From: an uncultured Candidatus Saccharibacteria bacterium
GTDB taxonomy: Bacteria > Patescibacteriota > Minisyncoccia > Phycocordibacterales > Phycocordibacteraceae
NCBI GenBank assembly: GCA_964349285.1
Contig: CAYGFQ010000001.1
Coordinates: 1 to 45,143 of the forward strand
DNA length: 45,143 nt
Direction: 5' to 3'
Part shown: one piece after another, positions 7,845 to 14,463 of the stretch
How the letters are laid out: each line of letters begins with the position of its first letter
Numbering within the stretch: the first letter of the stretch is position 1
The notes under the pieces: generated by a model
What the model saw: the letters and a program-made list of their open reading frames with translations, nothing else
Databases searched by the model: none
What the model was told of the DNA's origin: nothing
Position numbers and translations under genes: made by a program

Positions 7845-8309
7845 ATGAAACCCAAGCGCGTTGCGCCCCTTGTGTGGGTTGGATTTCTCCATGCCCTCAC
7901 CTCATCCTTCCTGGCAGGCCTCGTGATGTGGCTTTTGTCTCTTATCGTTGGTTACACGCTCGGTGAGAATGTCTTTTATGCCTTTGCGCTCTGGGCAGAG
8001 ACACCGCTTGGCATTACTACTGTTTCACTCGTCTCCCTCCTCGTCCTCCTCCTCGCGTCCTATAACCAAGCTCGATTCATTCGCGAGCGCTATGAATATC
8101 CAGACGCAGCTAAGGTCGCACTGCATGCTGTCGTATGGTTTGCGGGTATTAGTGTCGCCTTCTTTGTCCTTGATCTTTGGGACGGGTACGCGTGGGCGTG
8201 GACTGACTTCCTTGTGGAGGGCCTCGCCATTCTTCTCTTCTACCTCGCAAGCAGGAAATTCCTCCGGGTGCGTTCTCTTGGTGCCCCATCTCAGTCTCGA
8301 ACTGGATAG
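7845..8309 (+). CDS. Integral membrane protein (about 4 TM), unknown function
   Basis: Four hydrophobic segments (LVWVGFLHALTSSFLAGLVMWLLSLIV, ITTVSLVSLLVLLLA, VVWFAGISVAFFVL, LVEGLAILLFYLA) and a leaderless-type promoter. Confidence 0.6.
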   Translation: MKPKRVAPLVWVGFLHALTSSFLAGLVMWLLSLIVGYTLGENVFYAFALWAETPLGITTVSLVSLLVLLLASYNQARFIRERYEYPDAAKVALHAVVWFAGISVAFFVLDLWDGYAWAWTDFLVEGLAILLFYLASRKFLRVRSLGAPSQSRTG

Positions 8310-8395
8310 AGTGAGACCCTTCGAGGGTTCTTTGACGCGTTTTGCAGACTGGAGACGAAGCATCTCGGTCTAGCGTTCTGTGGGATTATGCAGCG

Positions 8396-8719
8396 CTACT
8401 GAAAGAAGTAATGAAGGTAGAGTTTCATTTCTTCAGGAACGAACCAGGTGTAGACGATCCAAAAGAACAGGAGTGCACCAGGCACATAGAGGACACTCTT
8501 TTGTAAGAGTGATCGTCGCTCTCTCGTCCGCCATCCTTCGAAGGCTCCTAGCACAAGAACGGCGATGGCAGCTACGCCTATGATGAGAGCTTCGTACGGA
8601 TTGCCGTTTCCCATTGAAATGAGCTGCATTCCGAATAGCGTAAACAGACCCCAGAAAACCGCGAGCAGCACATAGACTACGGAAAGAAACTTGTGAAATA
8701 AATTCATGTTGTCAATCAT
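8396..8719 (-). CDS. Small integral membrane protein (3 TM), unknown function
   Basis: Hydrophobic segments FLSVVYVLLAVFWGLFTLF, ALIIGVAAIAVLVLGAF and VPGALLFFWIVYTWF. No competing ORF. Confidence 0.55.
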   Translation of the reverse strand: MIDNMNLFHKFLSVVYVLLAVFWGLFTLFGMQLISMGNGNPYEALIIGVAAIAVLVLGAFEGWRTRERRSLLQKSVLYVPGALLFFWIVYTWFVPEEMKLYLHYFFQ

Positions 8720-8781
8720 AGCTTACAAGGGCGCCATCCTTACCAGCTAGGCACCTCAGTCTCTTGAACTAGCACTAGAGG

Positions 8782-8852
8782 GTGCGGGATAGGAGAATCG
8801 AACTCCTGCTCTCAGTTTGGAAAACTGATGTTCTACCATTAAACTAATCCCG
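8782..8852 (-). tRNA. tRNA-Gly (anticodon UCC)
   Basis: Minus-strand sequence GCGGGATTAGTTTAATGGTAGAACATCAGTTTTCCAAACTGAGAGCAGGAGTTCGATTCTCCTATCCCGCA folds as a cloverleaf. Acceptor GCGGGAT/ATCCCGC, anticodon stem TCAGT/ACTGA, 7-nt loop TTTCCAA, T-loop GGTTCGATTCC type. No encoded CCA. Confidence 0.85.
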
Positions 8853-8914
8853 CGTTAGTGGGGAGGATACCATATCACTGTATTTTCGCGCGATCTGGGC
8901 GTAGAGTAGTGGCA

Positions 8915-10114
8915 ATGTTCTACCACATCCTCTCGGTGACCGCCGCCATGGCCCTCACCCTCTGGGCCACAATTGTAAGCCAATACCACGAGTTTCGGGG
9001 TGAGGTTCCCCCACCCCCAGAAGTCTCCATAGCCGTCGAGACAGAACAATCGGTCCCCTCCCCGTTTGAGGCAATCGTTACGGAAATCATGCGCGATCGG
9101 ACACCCGCTCCCACCGCGACAACGAGCATCCCTAAACCCGTTCCAACAACGACGATACCGACCCCCTTCATTCCTATCCCGGTTCCGGTCACGCCACCCA
9201 TCATTCCTGTACTCCCGCAAACTGAACCAACGGAAGTTACTCCCCCACCCACAGCCCCAGATGTCGACGACAAGCTAACAACGGAGAACTTCTTCAAAGG
9301 CGCGTTGGTGAACATCATCTGCATACAAGGTGGTGGCCTTCGCGGAAGCTCTGGCTCAGGCGTCATTGTCGATCCGCGCGGCATCATCATGACCGTTGCA
9401 CACGTTGGACAGAACCTTCTTCTCACCGACTACCCGGAAGAGAATACGGGTAACTGCTACATCCGCACCGGAAGCCCTGCAAAAAATACGTACACTGCCG
9501 AACTTATCTTTATTTCACCCGACTGGATAAAGGAAAACCCCGGTACCTTCCTCTCCTCTCGTCCTACCGGAACGGGCGAGGATGACTTCGCTTTCCTTGC
9601 GATTACCGGAAGCCTCACCGGCGCCCCTCTTCCCTCTCGCTTTGCCTATATCCCGCTTGCAGCTCCTGGTACGGATATCGACGAGGGTGATGAAGTTGGT
9701 ATTGGTTCTTACGCAGCAGAATTTCTCACCAGTTCTGAAGTTCGCTCATCGCTCTATCCGACCATAAGTTTCGGACCCGTGAATGATGTCTTTACGTTTG
9801 GAAGAAGCACCGTTGATATTTTCTCTGTGCGTGCAGGCTACGCCGCACAAGAAGGATCTTCCGGTGGTGCAGTCATAAACGAAGATCGTGACTTGATTGG
9901 ACTCATCACCACGCGCACCGTGCGCCCTGACCTCTCGCTTCGTGATCTCCAGGCACTCACTATGGACCACATCCGCAGAAGCTTCCGTGAAGATATGGAC
10001 ACTGATCTTGATTCCTATCTGCGTGGCAATCTCTCCTCTCTCATTGCAGGCTACAAGGACGAAGCAGCAGACCTCCTCGACGTTCTCGAAGAAGCTATCC
10101 AAGAGGCAAACTAG
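8915..10114 (+). CDS. Membrane-anchored trypsin-like (S1 family) serine protease
   Basis: N-terminal TM MFYHILSVTAAMALTLWATIV, then a Pro-rich linker. Catalytic triad context is TVAHV (His), DDFAFLAI (Asp) and EGSSGGAVIN (Ser). Start moved to ATG 8915 because TAGAGT (8902-8907) lies 7 nt upstream and ORF start 8858 abuts the tRNA. Confidence 0.8.
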   Translation: MFYHILSVTAAMALTLWATIVSQYHEFRGEVPPPPEVSIAVETEQSVPSPFEAIVTEIMRDRTPAPTATTSIPKPVPTTTIPTPFIPIPVPVTPPIIPVLPQTEPTEVTPPPTAPDVDDKLTTENFFKGALVNIICIQGGGLRGSSGSGVIVDPRGIIMTVAHVGQNLLLTDYPEENTGNCYIRTGSPAKNTYTAELIFISPDWIKENPGTFLSSRPTGTGEDDFAFLAITGSLTGAPLPSRFAYIPLAAPGTDIDEGDEVGIGSYAAEFLTSSEVRSSLYPTISFGPVNDVFTFGRSTVDIFSVRAGYAAQEGSSGGAVINEDRDLIGLITTRTVRPDLSLRDLQALTMDHIRRSFREDMDTDLDSYLRGNLSSLIAGYKDEAADLLDVLEEAIQEAN

Positions 10115-10187
10115 GTTTCTTAGACACGAACCGTGCCCTATGGTACGGTCTCCCTGCCACGACTAGACAACGGAAGGAAACAACGTC

Positions 10188-10586
10188 ATGGCCAATGCGA
10201 TTGATCTACACGTCGGGAAGCGCCTTCGGCGCCGACGCCGGCTCCTCGGGTTCTCACAACAAAAGCTCGCGGAGTCGATCGGCATCCGGTTCCAACAAAT
10301 CCAGAAGTACGAATGCGGGGCAAACCGCGTGACGGCGAGCAGACTCTACGAGCTCGCAGTTGCGCTGAATGTCCCCGTTACCTACTTCTTCGAGGGCATC
10401 GCGACGGTCGCACAATCAACAACTGACTCCCCGGCCAATGACCGGGACCTGATCGCTTCAGACGTCCTCTCCCAGAAGGAGACGTTGGAACTCGTCCGGG
10501 CTTACTACAAGCTTGGCGAGCGCCCAAGACGTCGCTTGCTCGACCTGGCGAAGGCGCTCCAAGATGAGAGCACCGACGCCGCCTGA
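10188..10586 (+). CDS. XRE-family helix-turn-helix transcriptional regulator
   Basis: HVGKRLRRRRRLLGFSQQKLAESIGIRFQQIQKYECGANRVTASRLYELAVALNVPVTYFFEG is a classic Cro/C1 HTH. An SD-like GGAAGGAAA lies upstream. Confidence 0.8.
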   Translation: MANAIDLHVGKRLRRRRRLLGFSQQKLAESIGIRFQQIQKYECGANRVTASRLYELAVALNVPVTYFFEGIATVAQSTTDSPANDRDLIASDVLSQKETLELVRAYYKLGERPRRRLLDLAKALQDESTDAA

Positions 10587-10609
10587 ACGGGCCGAGCGCT
10601 GATCAGAAG

Positions 10610-10647
10610 TTGCCGCTTCGCCTCGTGCGGAGCGGCAATTTTCTTTT
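10610..10647 (+). terminator. Strong intrinsic terminator after the XRE gene
   Basis: 12-bp stem TTGCCGCTTCGC / GCGGAGCGGCAA (1 mismatch), loop CTCGT, followed by TTTTCTTTT. Confidence 0.75.
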
Positions 10648-10662
10648 ACGCACTGTTTCGAG

Positions 10663-10733
10663 TCGGGCCGCAGGGAATCGAACCCTGTCTGTCTGCTCCC
10701 AAAGCAGATGTACTACCGGTATACTACGGCCCG
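10663..10733 (-). tRNA. tRNA-Pro (anticodon UGG)
   Basis: Minus strand CGGGCCGTAGTATACCGGTAGTACATCTGCTTTGGGAGCAGACAGACAGGGTTCGATTCCCTGCGGCCCGA. Anticodon stem TCTGC/GCAGA, loop TTTGGGA with G37, T-arm GGTTCGATTCC. No encoded CCA. Confidence 0.85.
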
Positions 10734-10832
10734 TTTGAGATACCCTACCACATCAAAACCTATACGACACCGTTTTTACAGCGGCCTTAAGGAATACGGC
10801 CTCATTGCTCATTATTTCTCAGACTCGCCTCT

Positions 10833-11465
10833 TTACCAAATCTTTGTCTTTTGTCTTTTATCCCCAGTGTTAACAGGTTTGTCCACATGTGTCATAAGAG
10901 CCTTTTTCCGTAAAAAGATGAGTAAAACCATGGCTGCATTGGCAAAGGTGATGGCAACAACGTAGGCAAGGGTGAGCAGGTTGTACTCGACGAGGGCTGC
11001 TATTGCGATGAGGTTACCTACCACAAAGAGTACGTAGCTTCGGGATGTTTCCGTGCCAGGCTCTTCATATACCTTGCGGTAGCTTGGGATATACCCAAGA
11101 AGGTCTATGGCAGTCACCATGAGGACGGAGACAATCGGTTCATCGAGAAAGACCCAGATACCTATTGCGACAAGCGCAAGGAGCAAGACGACCGTATCTG
11201 AGAGTGTGATGTTCTTGGTCCCGTATTTGAGAGACAGCAGGAAGATGCCGAAGACGAGGACCGTCATAATGATCCAGCTGTAGGAGGAGAACCCTCCCCC
11301 GCCGTACCAGATGCCAGCAGTTGCTACTCCCTGGGTAATGGTCCAGATGAGCCAGGTATAGGCGTGGGGCTTGGTCTTCCCTGCCAGGATGTCCTTGTAA
11401 TACGGGACGAAGCTATACAGTCCGACGAAGAAAGCCAGAACCGTAAAGAAGAGCTTCAGTTCCAT
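10833..11465 (-). CDS. Polytopic integral membrane protein (about 6-7 TM), unknown function
   Basis: 210 aa and almost entirely hydrophobic helices (LFFTVLAFFVGLYSF, AYTWLIWTITQGVATAGIWY, WIIMTVLVFGIFLLSL, and others). It starts 5 nt downstream of tRNA-Gly on the same strand. Confidence 0.65.
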   Translation of the reverse strand: MELKLFFTVLAFFVGLYSFVPYYKDILAGKTKPHAYTWLIWTITQGVATAGIWYGGGGFSSYSWIIMTVLVFGIFLLSLKYGTKNITLSDTVVLLLALVAIGIWVFLDEPIVSVLMVTAIDLLGYIPSYRKVYEEPGTETSRSYVLFVVGNLIAIAALVEYNLLTLAYVVAITFANAAMVLLIFLRKKALMTHVDKPVNTGDKRQKTKIW

Positions 11466-11469
11466 CTAG

Positions 11470-11540
11470 TGCGGCCAGGGAGAATCGAACTCCCGACTGG
11501 TCCTTGGCAAGGACCCGTTTTACCACTAAACCATGGCCGC
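11470..11540 (-). tRNA. tRNA-Gly (anticodon GCC)
   Basis: Minus strand GCGGCCATGGTTTAGTGGTAAAACGGGTCCTTGCCAAGGACCAGTCGGGAGTTCGATTCTCCCTGGCCGCA. Anticodon stem GGTCC/GGACC, loop TTGCCAA. No encoded CCA. Confidence 0.9.
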
Positions 11541-11590
11541 AATTACGTCATACTCGCACATTATTTTCCCGACTTCAATTCCCTACCGTG

Positions 11591-11662
11591 TGCTCCCGCC
11601 AGGATTCGAACCTGGAACGACTGCTTCGAAGGCAGTTATGATATCCATTTCACTACAGGAGC
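11591..11662 (-). tRNA. tRNA-Arg (anticodon UCG)
   Basis: Minus strand GCTCCTGTAGTGAAATGGATATCATAACTGCCTTCGAAGCAGTCGTTCCAGGTTCGAATCCTGGCGGGAGCA. Anticodon stem ACTGC/GCAGT, loop CTTCGAA. No encoded CCA. Confidence 0.9.
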
Positions 11663-11718
11663 AGTGAAACCACGTTAGAAATACTACGCGAGAGCTAGGA
11701 GAAAGGCTACCCGCATAC

Positions 11719-11724
11719 TAGTAT
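11719..11724 (+). promoter_or_regulatory. -10 box TAGTAT, 7 nt upstream of cca ATG (leaderless)
   Basis: CATACTAGTATTTCACGTATG. The spacer also contains a parS-like half-site TTTCACGT. Confidence 0.45.
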
Positions 11725-11731
11725 TTCACGT

Positions 11732-13195
11732 ATGACGTTCTCCGTTCCGAACGAAGTAAAGGTGGTCGCTGAAGGCCTTCGAAAGGAAGGATTTGCGGCC
11801 TATCTTGTGGGTGGCTGTGTCCGGGACCTCTTCCTAAAACGTACCCCCAAAGACTGGGATATAACGACAAATGCAAAGCCTGAGGATATTCAGCGCATCT
11901 TCCCTGAATCCTTCTACGAGAACGATTTCGGGACGGTTGGCGTGAAGACTGAATCTGAAGATCCTGCACTTGCCGTCATTGAAGTAACTCCCTACCGCAC
12001 CGAGACTGGCTACTCTGATAAGCGTCGTCCGGACAAAGTTGAGTTTGGACAGAGCCTTGAGGAAGACCTTGCTCGCCGGGACTTCACCATTAACGCCATT
12101 GCCTTCGATGAGGCTAAAGGACAAGTCGTCGATCCGTATAAAGGACAAAAGGACATTGAGCTCAAGGTCCTCCGAACGGTTGGTAACCCCTCCGAGCGCT
12201 TCGAGGAAGACGCTCTTCGCCTTATGCGGGCAGTTCGCCTGGTGGCTGAGCTTGAATTTGCCCTTGATACCGAAACTGCGGCCGCAATACAGGCTAAAAA
12301 GGCTAATCTATCCCATGTTTCACGTGAAAGAATACGGGACGAATTCGTCCGTATTCTCGAGTCCTCTCAACCGATGATGGCTCTGGTTCTCTCACATCAG
12401 CTGGGCATCCTCGAGTACATAGCTCCCGATCTCCTTCGAGGTATTGGTGTAGACCAAAACCAGGCTCATAGCTTTACCGTCTTTGAGCACAACCTCCGGA
12501 CTATGCAGCATGCTGCTGATAAGGGCTGGGACCTCGATATGCGCCTTGCAGGCTTGTTCCACGACATAGCAAAGCCTGAAACACGTCGCTGGTCCGATGA
12601 GAAGAAGGATTGGACGTTCTACGGCCATGAGGTTGTGGGGTCCCGGGTGGCAAAGAAAGCCATGGAGGAGATGCGGTTTTCACGTGAAACTATCGAGCGG
12701 GTAGCGAAGCTTGTTCGCTGGCATATGTTCTTCTCAGACCCTGACCAGGTAACCCTTTCAGCCGTCCGAAGGACTATCCGGAACGTAGGCGAGGAGAATA
12801 TCTGGGATCTTCTGAACCTCCGCATTTGTGACCGTATAGGCACCGGGCGCCCTAAAGAACAGCCGTTCCGCTTCCGGAAGTACAAAGCCATGGTGGAAGA
12901 GGCCCTGCGGGACCCCATCTCCGTCGGTATGCTGAAGACCGATGGCAACCGCCTTATGGACGTCTTTCACGTGAAACCTGGGCCCGTCATAGGTTTTACC
13001 CTCAATGCCCTCCTTGAGGAGGTTCTCGAGGACCCTAAGCTCAACACTGAGGAATATCTAGATAAGCGAACTGTGGAGCTCTTGGCGCTCCCCGAAGTAG
13101 AGCTAAAGAAGCTCGGAGAATCTGGAAAGAAGAGGAGGGGAGAGGCTGAGGAGGCTGAAGTACGTAAAATCCTTGAAAAGCACCACGTGTCCTAG
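11732..13195 (+). CDS. cca: CCA-adding enzyme (tRNA nucleotidyltransferase with C-terminal HD domain)
   Basis: Nucleotidyltransferase motif AYLVGGCVRDLFLKRTPKDWDITT, RRDFTINA, and HD motif GLFHDIAKP. Confidence 0.9.
   Translation: MTFSVPNEVKVVAEGLRKEGFAAYLVGGCVRDLFLKRTPKDWDITTNAKPEDIQRIFPESFYENDFGTVGVKTESEDPALAVIEVTPYRTETGYSDKRRPDKVEFGQSLEEDLARRDFTINAIAFDEAKGQVVDPYKGQKDIELKVLRTVGNPSERFEEDALRLMRAVRLVAELEFALDTETAAAIQAKKANLSHVSRERIRDEFVRILESSQPMMALVLSHQLGILEYIAPDLLRGIGVDQNQAHSFTVFEHNLRTMQHAADKGWDLDMRLAGLFHDIAKPETRRWSDEKKDWTFYGHEVVGSRVAKKAMEEMRFSRETIERVAKLVRWHMFFSDPDQVTLSAVRRTIRNVGEENIWDLLNLRICDRIGTGRPKEQPFRFRKYKAMVEEALRDPISVGMLKTDGNRLMDVFHVKPGPVIGFTLNALLEEVLEDPKLNTEEYLDKRTVELLALPEVELKKLGESGKKRRGEAEEAEVRKILEKHHVS
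12316..12331. other. parS site 1 (ParB-binding centromere-like palindrome), inside cca
   Basis: TGTTTCACGTGAAAGA matches the parS consensus TGTTNCACGTGAAACA at 15/16. It encodes V-S-R-E-R. Confidence 0.75.
12676..12691. other. parS site 2, inside cca
   Basis: GTTTTCACGTGAAACT has a perfect 12-mer core TTTCACGTGAAA (13/16 overall). It is identical over 17 nt to site 4 and is in the same codon phase as site 1 (F-S-R-E-T). Confidence 0.7.
12963..12978. other. parS site 3, inside cca
   Basis: TCTTTCACGTGAAACC matches at 14/16 with a perfect core. It sits in a different codon phase (F-H-V-K). Confidence 0.7.
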
Positions 13196-13196
13196 G

Positions 13197-13212
13197 GTTT
13201 TCACGTGAAACT
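13197..13212. other. parS site 4, 2 nt after the cca stop
   Basis: GTTTTCACGTGAAACT matches at 13/16 with a perfect core. It overlaps the -35 region of the TAGAAT promoter at 13226. Confidence 0.7.
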
Positions 13213-13225
13213 CAGAAATACGGCC

Positions 13226-13231
13226 TAGAAT
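13226..13231 (+). promoter_or_regulatory. Orphan -10 box TAGAAT with no ORF behind it
   Basis: It is the same hexamer used by leaderless genes in this window. The predicted TSS at about 13238 sits at the 5' end of the structured element. Confidence 0.4.
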
Positions 13232-13237
13232 ATAGAT

Positions 13238-13410
13238 AGGGCGGCTGTTTCATGTGAAATACAAAAAGCCGCCTAACCGAGGCACGACAGCGGAAGAGGA
13301 GACGGTACGAGGGGTGACTGTACCCTCTTCCGCTGTCGTGCGGGGACCCGAAAATTGGAGGGGGCAATGTGATGGCGGGTCCCGGGAGAGTGGCTTGGCG
13401 GCTTTTATGG
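13238..13410 (+). ncRNA. Candidate structured ncRNA or MITE-like nested palindrome (family not recognised; strand inferred from the promoter)
   Basis: Closing helix AAAAGCCGCC (13264-13273) / GGCGGCTTTT (13397-13406). Perfect 18-bp hairpin GCACGACAGCGGAAGAGG (13282-13299) / CCTCTTCCGCTGTCGTGC (13324-13341). 8-bp hairpin GGGACCCG (13343-13350) / CGGGTCCC (13376-13383). An alternative 5' pairing partner GGCGGCT lies at 13240-13246. Confidence 0.35.
13246..13261. other. Degenerate parS-like site 5
   Basis: TGTTTCATGTGAAATA matches at 14/16 and lies in the loop of hairpin GGCGGCT/AGCCGCC. Confidence 0.45.
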
Positions 13411-13425
13411 TGTGAACTCTTGCGT

Positions 13426-13441
13426 TGTTTCGCGTGGAACG
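13426..13441. other. Degenerate parS-like site 6
   Basis: TGTTTCGCGTGGAACG matches at 13/16. Confidence 0.35.
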
Positions 13442-13629
13442 TTCTATCCCGCTTAAGTTTCAGGGGATACGCCCCGGTTTCGTAGGATGAGCGACGTTGC
13501 GAAGACGCTTTGGATCAAAGAACGCGCAAAGAACAGCCTTTGTGCAGGACAATCATTGAACTGAATCATCAGAGTGCCTCGCTCTGAGAGTAATCATAGT
13601 CCTTTATAGGACATCGTAAAGGACATACG

Positions 13630-13638
13630 TGTGGATAA
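13630..13638 (+). promoter_or_regulatory. Consensus DnaA box (TGTGGATAA = TTATCCACA)
   Basis: 9/9 match, preceded by GGACAT and flanked by 11-bp direct repeats TCCTTTATAGG (13600-13610 and 13641-13651). Confidence 0.4.
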
Positions 13639-13644
13639 TGTCCT

Positions 13645-14412
13645 TTATAGGGTTATGGAGATAGGGCAGTGGTCTGAGCCGTAGATGTCAGGGTGTATCT
13701 CTGCCTTCTTTACGCTCTTCAGAAATTCACGAGAGATGAAGAAGTAGTCGATGCGCCAACCGACGTTACGGTCTCGAGCTCTCGTGAAAAGGTCCCAATA
13801 TGAATAGGCGACTCTATTCGGGTTGCGGTCCCGCCAGACATCCACATAGCCTGCTGCAATAACTTCGTCTATCCATGCGCGCTCTTCAGGAAGAAAGCCA
13901 GTATTCTCTTCGTTAGCTTCTGGTCGCGCAAGATCAATAGCTTCATGTGCCGTATTTACGTCGCCACAGAAAATGACTGGCTTTTGTTTCCTCAATTTCT
14001 CGCAGAAGGTAAGGAAAGCGTCATAAAAGCGGAGTTTGTAGTCAATCCGGTGAGGGCCCTGTCCACCGTTAGGGAAGTAGCAGTTTATAAGCCAGAAGTC
14101 CTCGTATTCAGCTGCAAGGAAACGGCCCTCATCATCGAATTCCGGGACCCCTAGCCCATAAAGCAAGGAAATAGGCTCTATTTTGGTGTATATAGCGACC
14201 CCGCTATATCCCTTCTTCACCTTAGAAGAGGCGAAGAATGAGGAGAATCCGGGTACCTCCCGAAGGTCTTCCGGAAGCTGCTCCGGGGAAGCCTTGGTCT
14301 CCTGGAGACAGAAGATATCTGGCTTCGTACCTTTTAGGAATGCTTTCCAAAGTGCAGACTCATCCTTTCCAAGGGAGCGTAGCCCGTTCACGTTCCAGGA
14401 GACAATTTTCAT
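13645..14412 (-). CDS. xth: Exodeoxyribonuclease III (AP endonuclease)
   Basis: MKIVSWNVNGLRS..., FCLQETK, GYSGVAIY, NCYFPNGG, FCGDVNTAH, WDLFTRARDRNVGWRIDYFF and SDHCPISI are all Xth/ExoIII family motifs. Confidence 0.9.
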   Translation of the reverse strand: MKIVSWNVNGLRSLGKDESALWKAFLKGTKPDIFCLQETKASPEQLPEDLREVPGFSSFFASSKVKKGYSGVAIYTKIEPISLLYGLGVPEFDDEGRFLAAEYEDFWLINCYFPNGGQGPHRIDYKLRFYDAFLTFCEKLRKQKPVIFCGDVNTAHEAIDLARPEANEENTGFLPEERAWIDEVIAAGYVDVWRDRNPNRVAYSYWDLFTRARDRNVGWRIDYFFISREFLKSVKKAEIHPDIYGSDHCPISITL

Positions 14413-14418
14413 CCCCCT

Positions 14419-14427
14419 AGTCTACCA
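14419..14427 (-). promoter_or_regulatory. Extended -10 TGgTAGACT, 6 nt upstream of xth ATG (leaderless)
   Basis: The minus strand reads TGGTAGACTAGGGGGATG. Confidence 0.45.
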
Positions 14428-14463
14428 GGGGACATCCTGTGGATAGGGTGGCTTTCCAGAATA

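Noticed and set aside
8782-8852. First reading of this tRNA as tRNA-Trp, because CCA is visible in the anticodon loop.
   Set aside because: With the 5-bp stem TCAGT/ACTGA, the 7-nt loop is TTTCCAA. Positions 34-36 are therefore UCC, with U33 and A37 in place, which makes it tRNA-Gly(UCC). A CCA register would break the stem.
10858-10866. Additional DnaA-box-like 9-mers with 8/9 matches, for example TTATCCCCA here and TTATCGACA at 3322.
   Set aside because: They are isolated single-mismatch hits inside coding regions, which is expected by chance. Only the composite GGACAT-linked boxes at 13630 and 14438 were retained.
11364-11678. A 104-aa ORF on the plus strand.
   Set aside because: It runs antisense through two well-folded tRNA genes (Gly-GCC and Arg-UCG) and the start of the membrane-protein gene. 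It is spurious.
13262-13410. The structured element as a known housekeeping RNA (SRP/4.5S, RNase P, tmRNA, 6S) or a known riboswitch.
   Set aside because: I could not find any of the expected signatures on either strand. These are the SRP helix-8 GGAA tetraloop with AGCAGC context, the RNase P GAGGAAAGUCCGGGC motif, the tmRNA tRNA-like ends or tag ORF, and any conserved riboswitch core. The element is also too short for RNase P or tmRNA. Only a covariance-model search can settle this.
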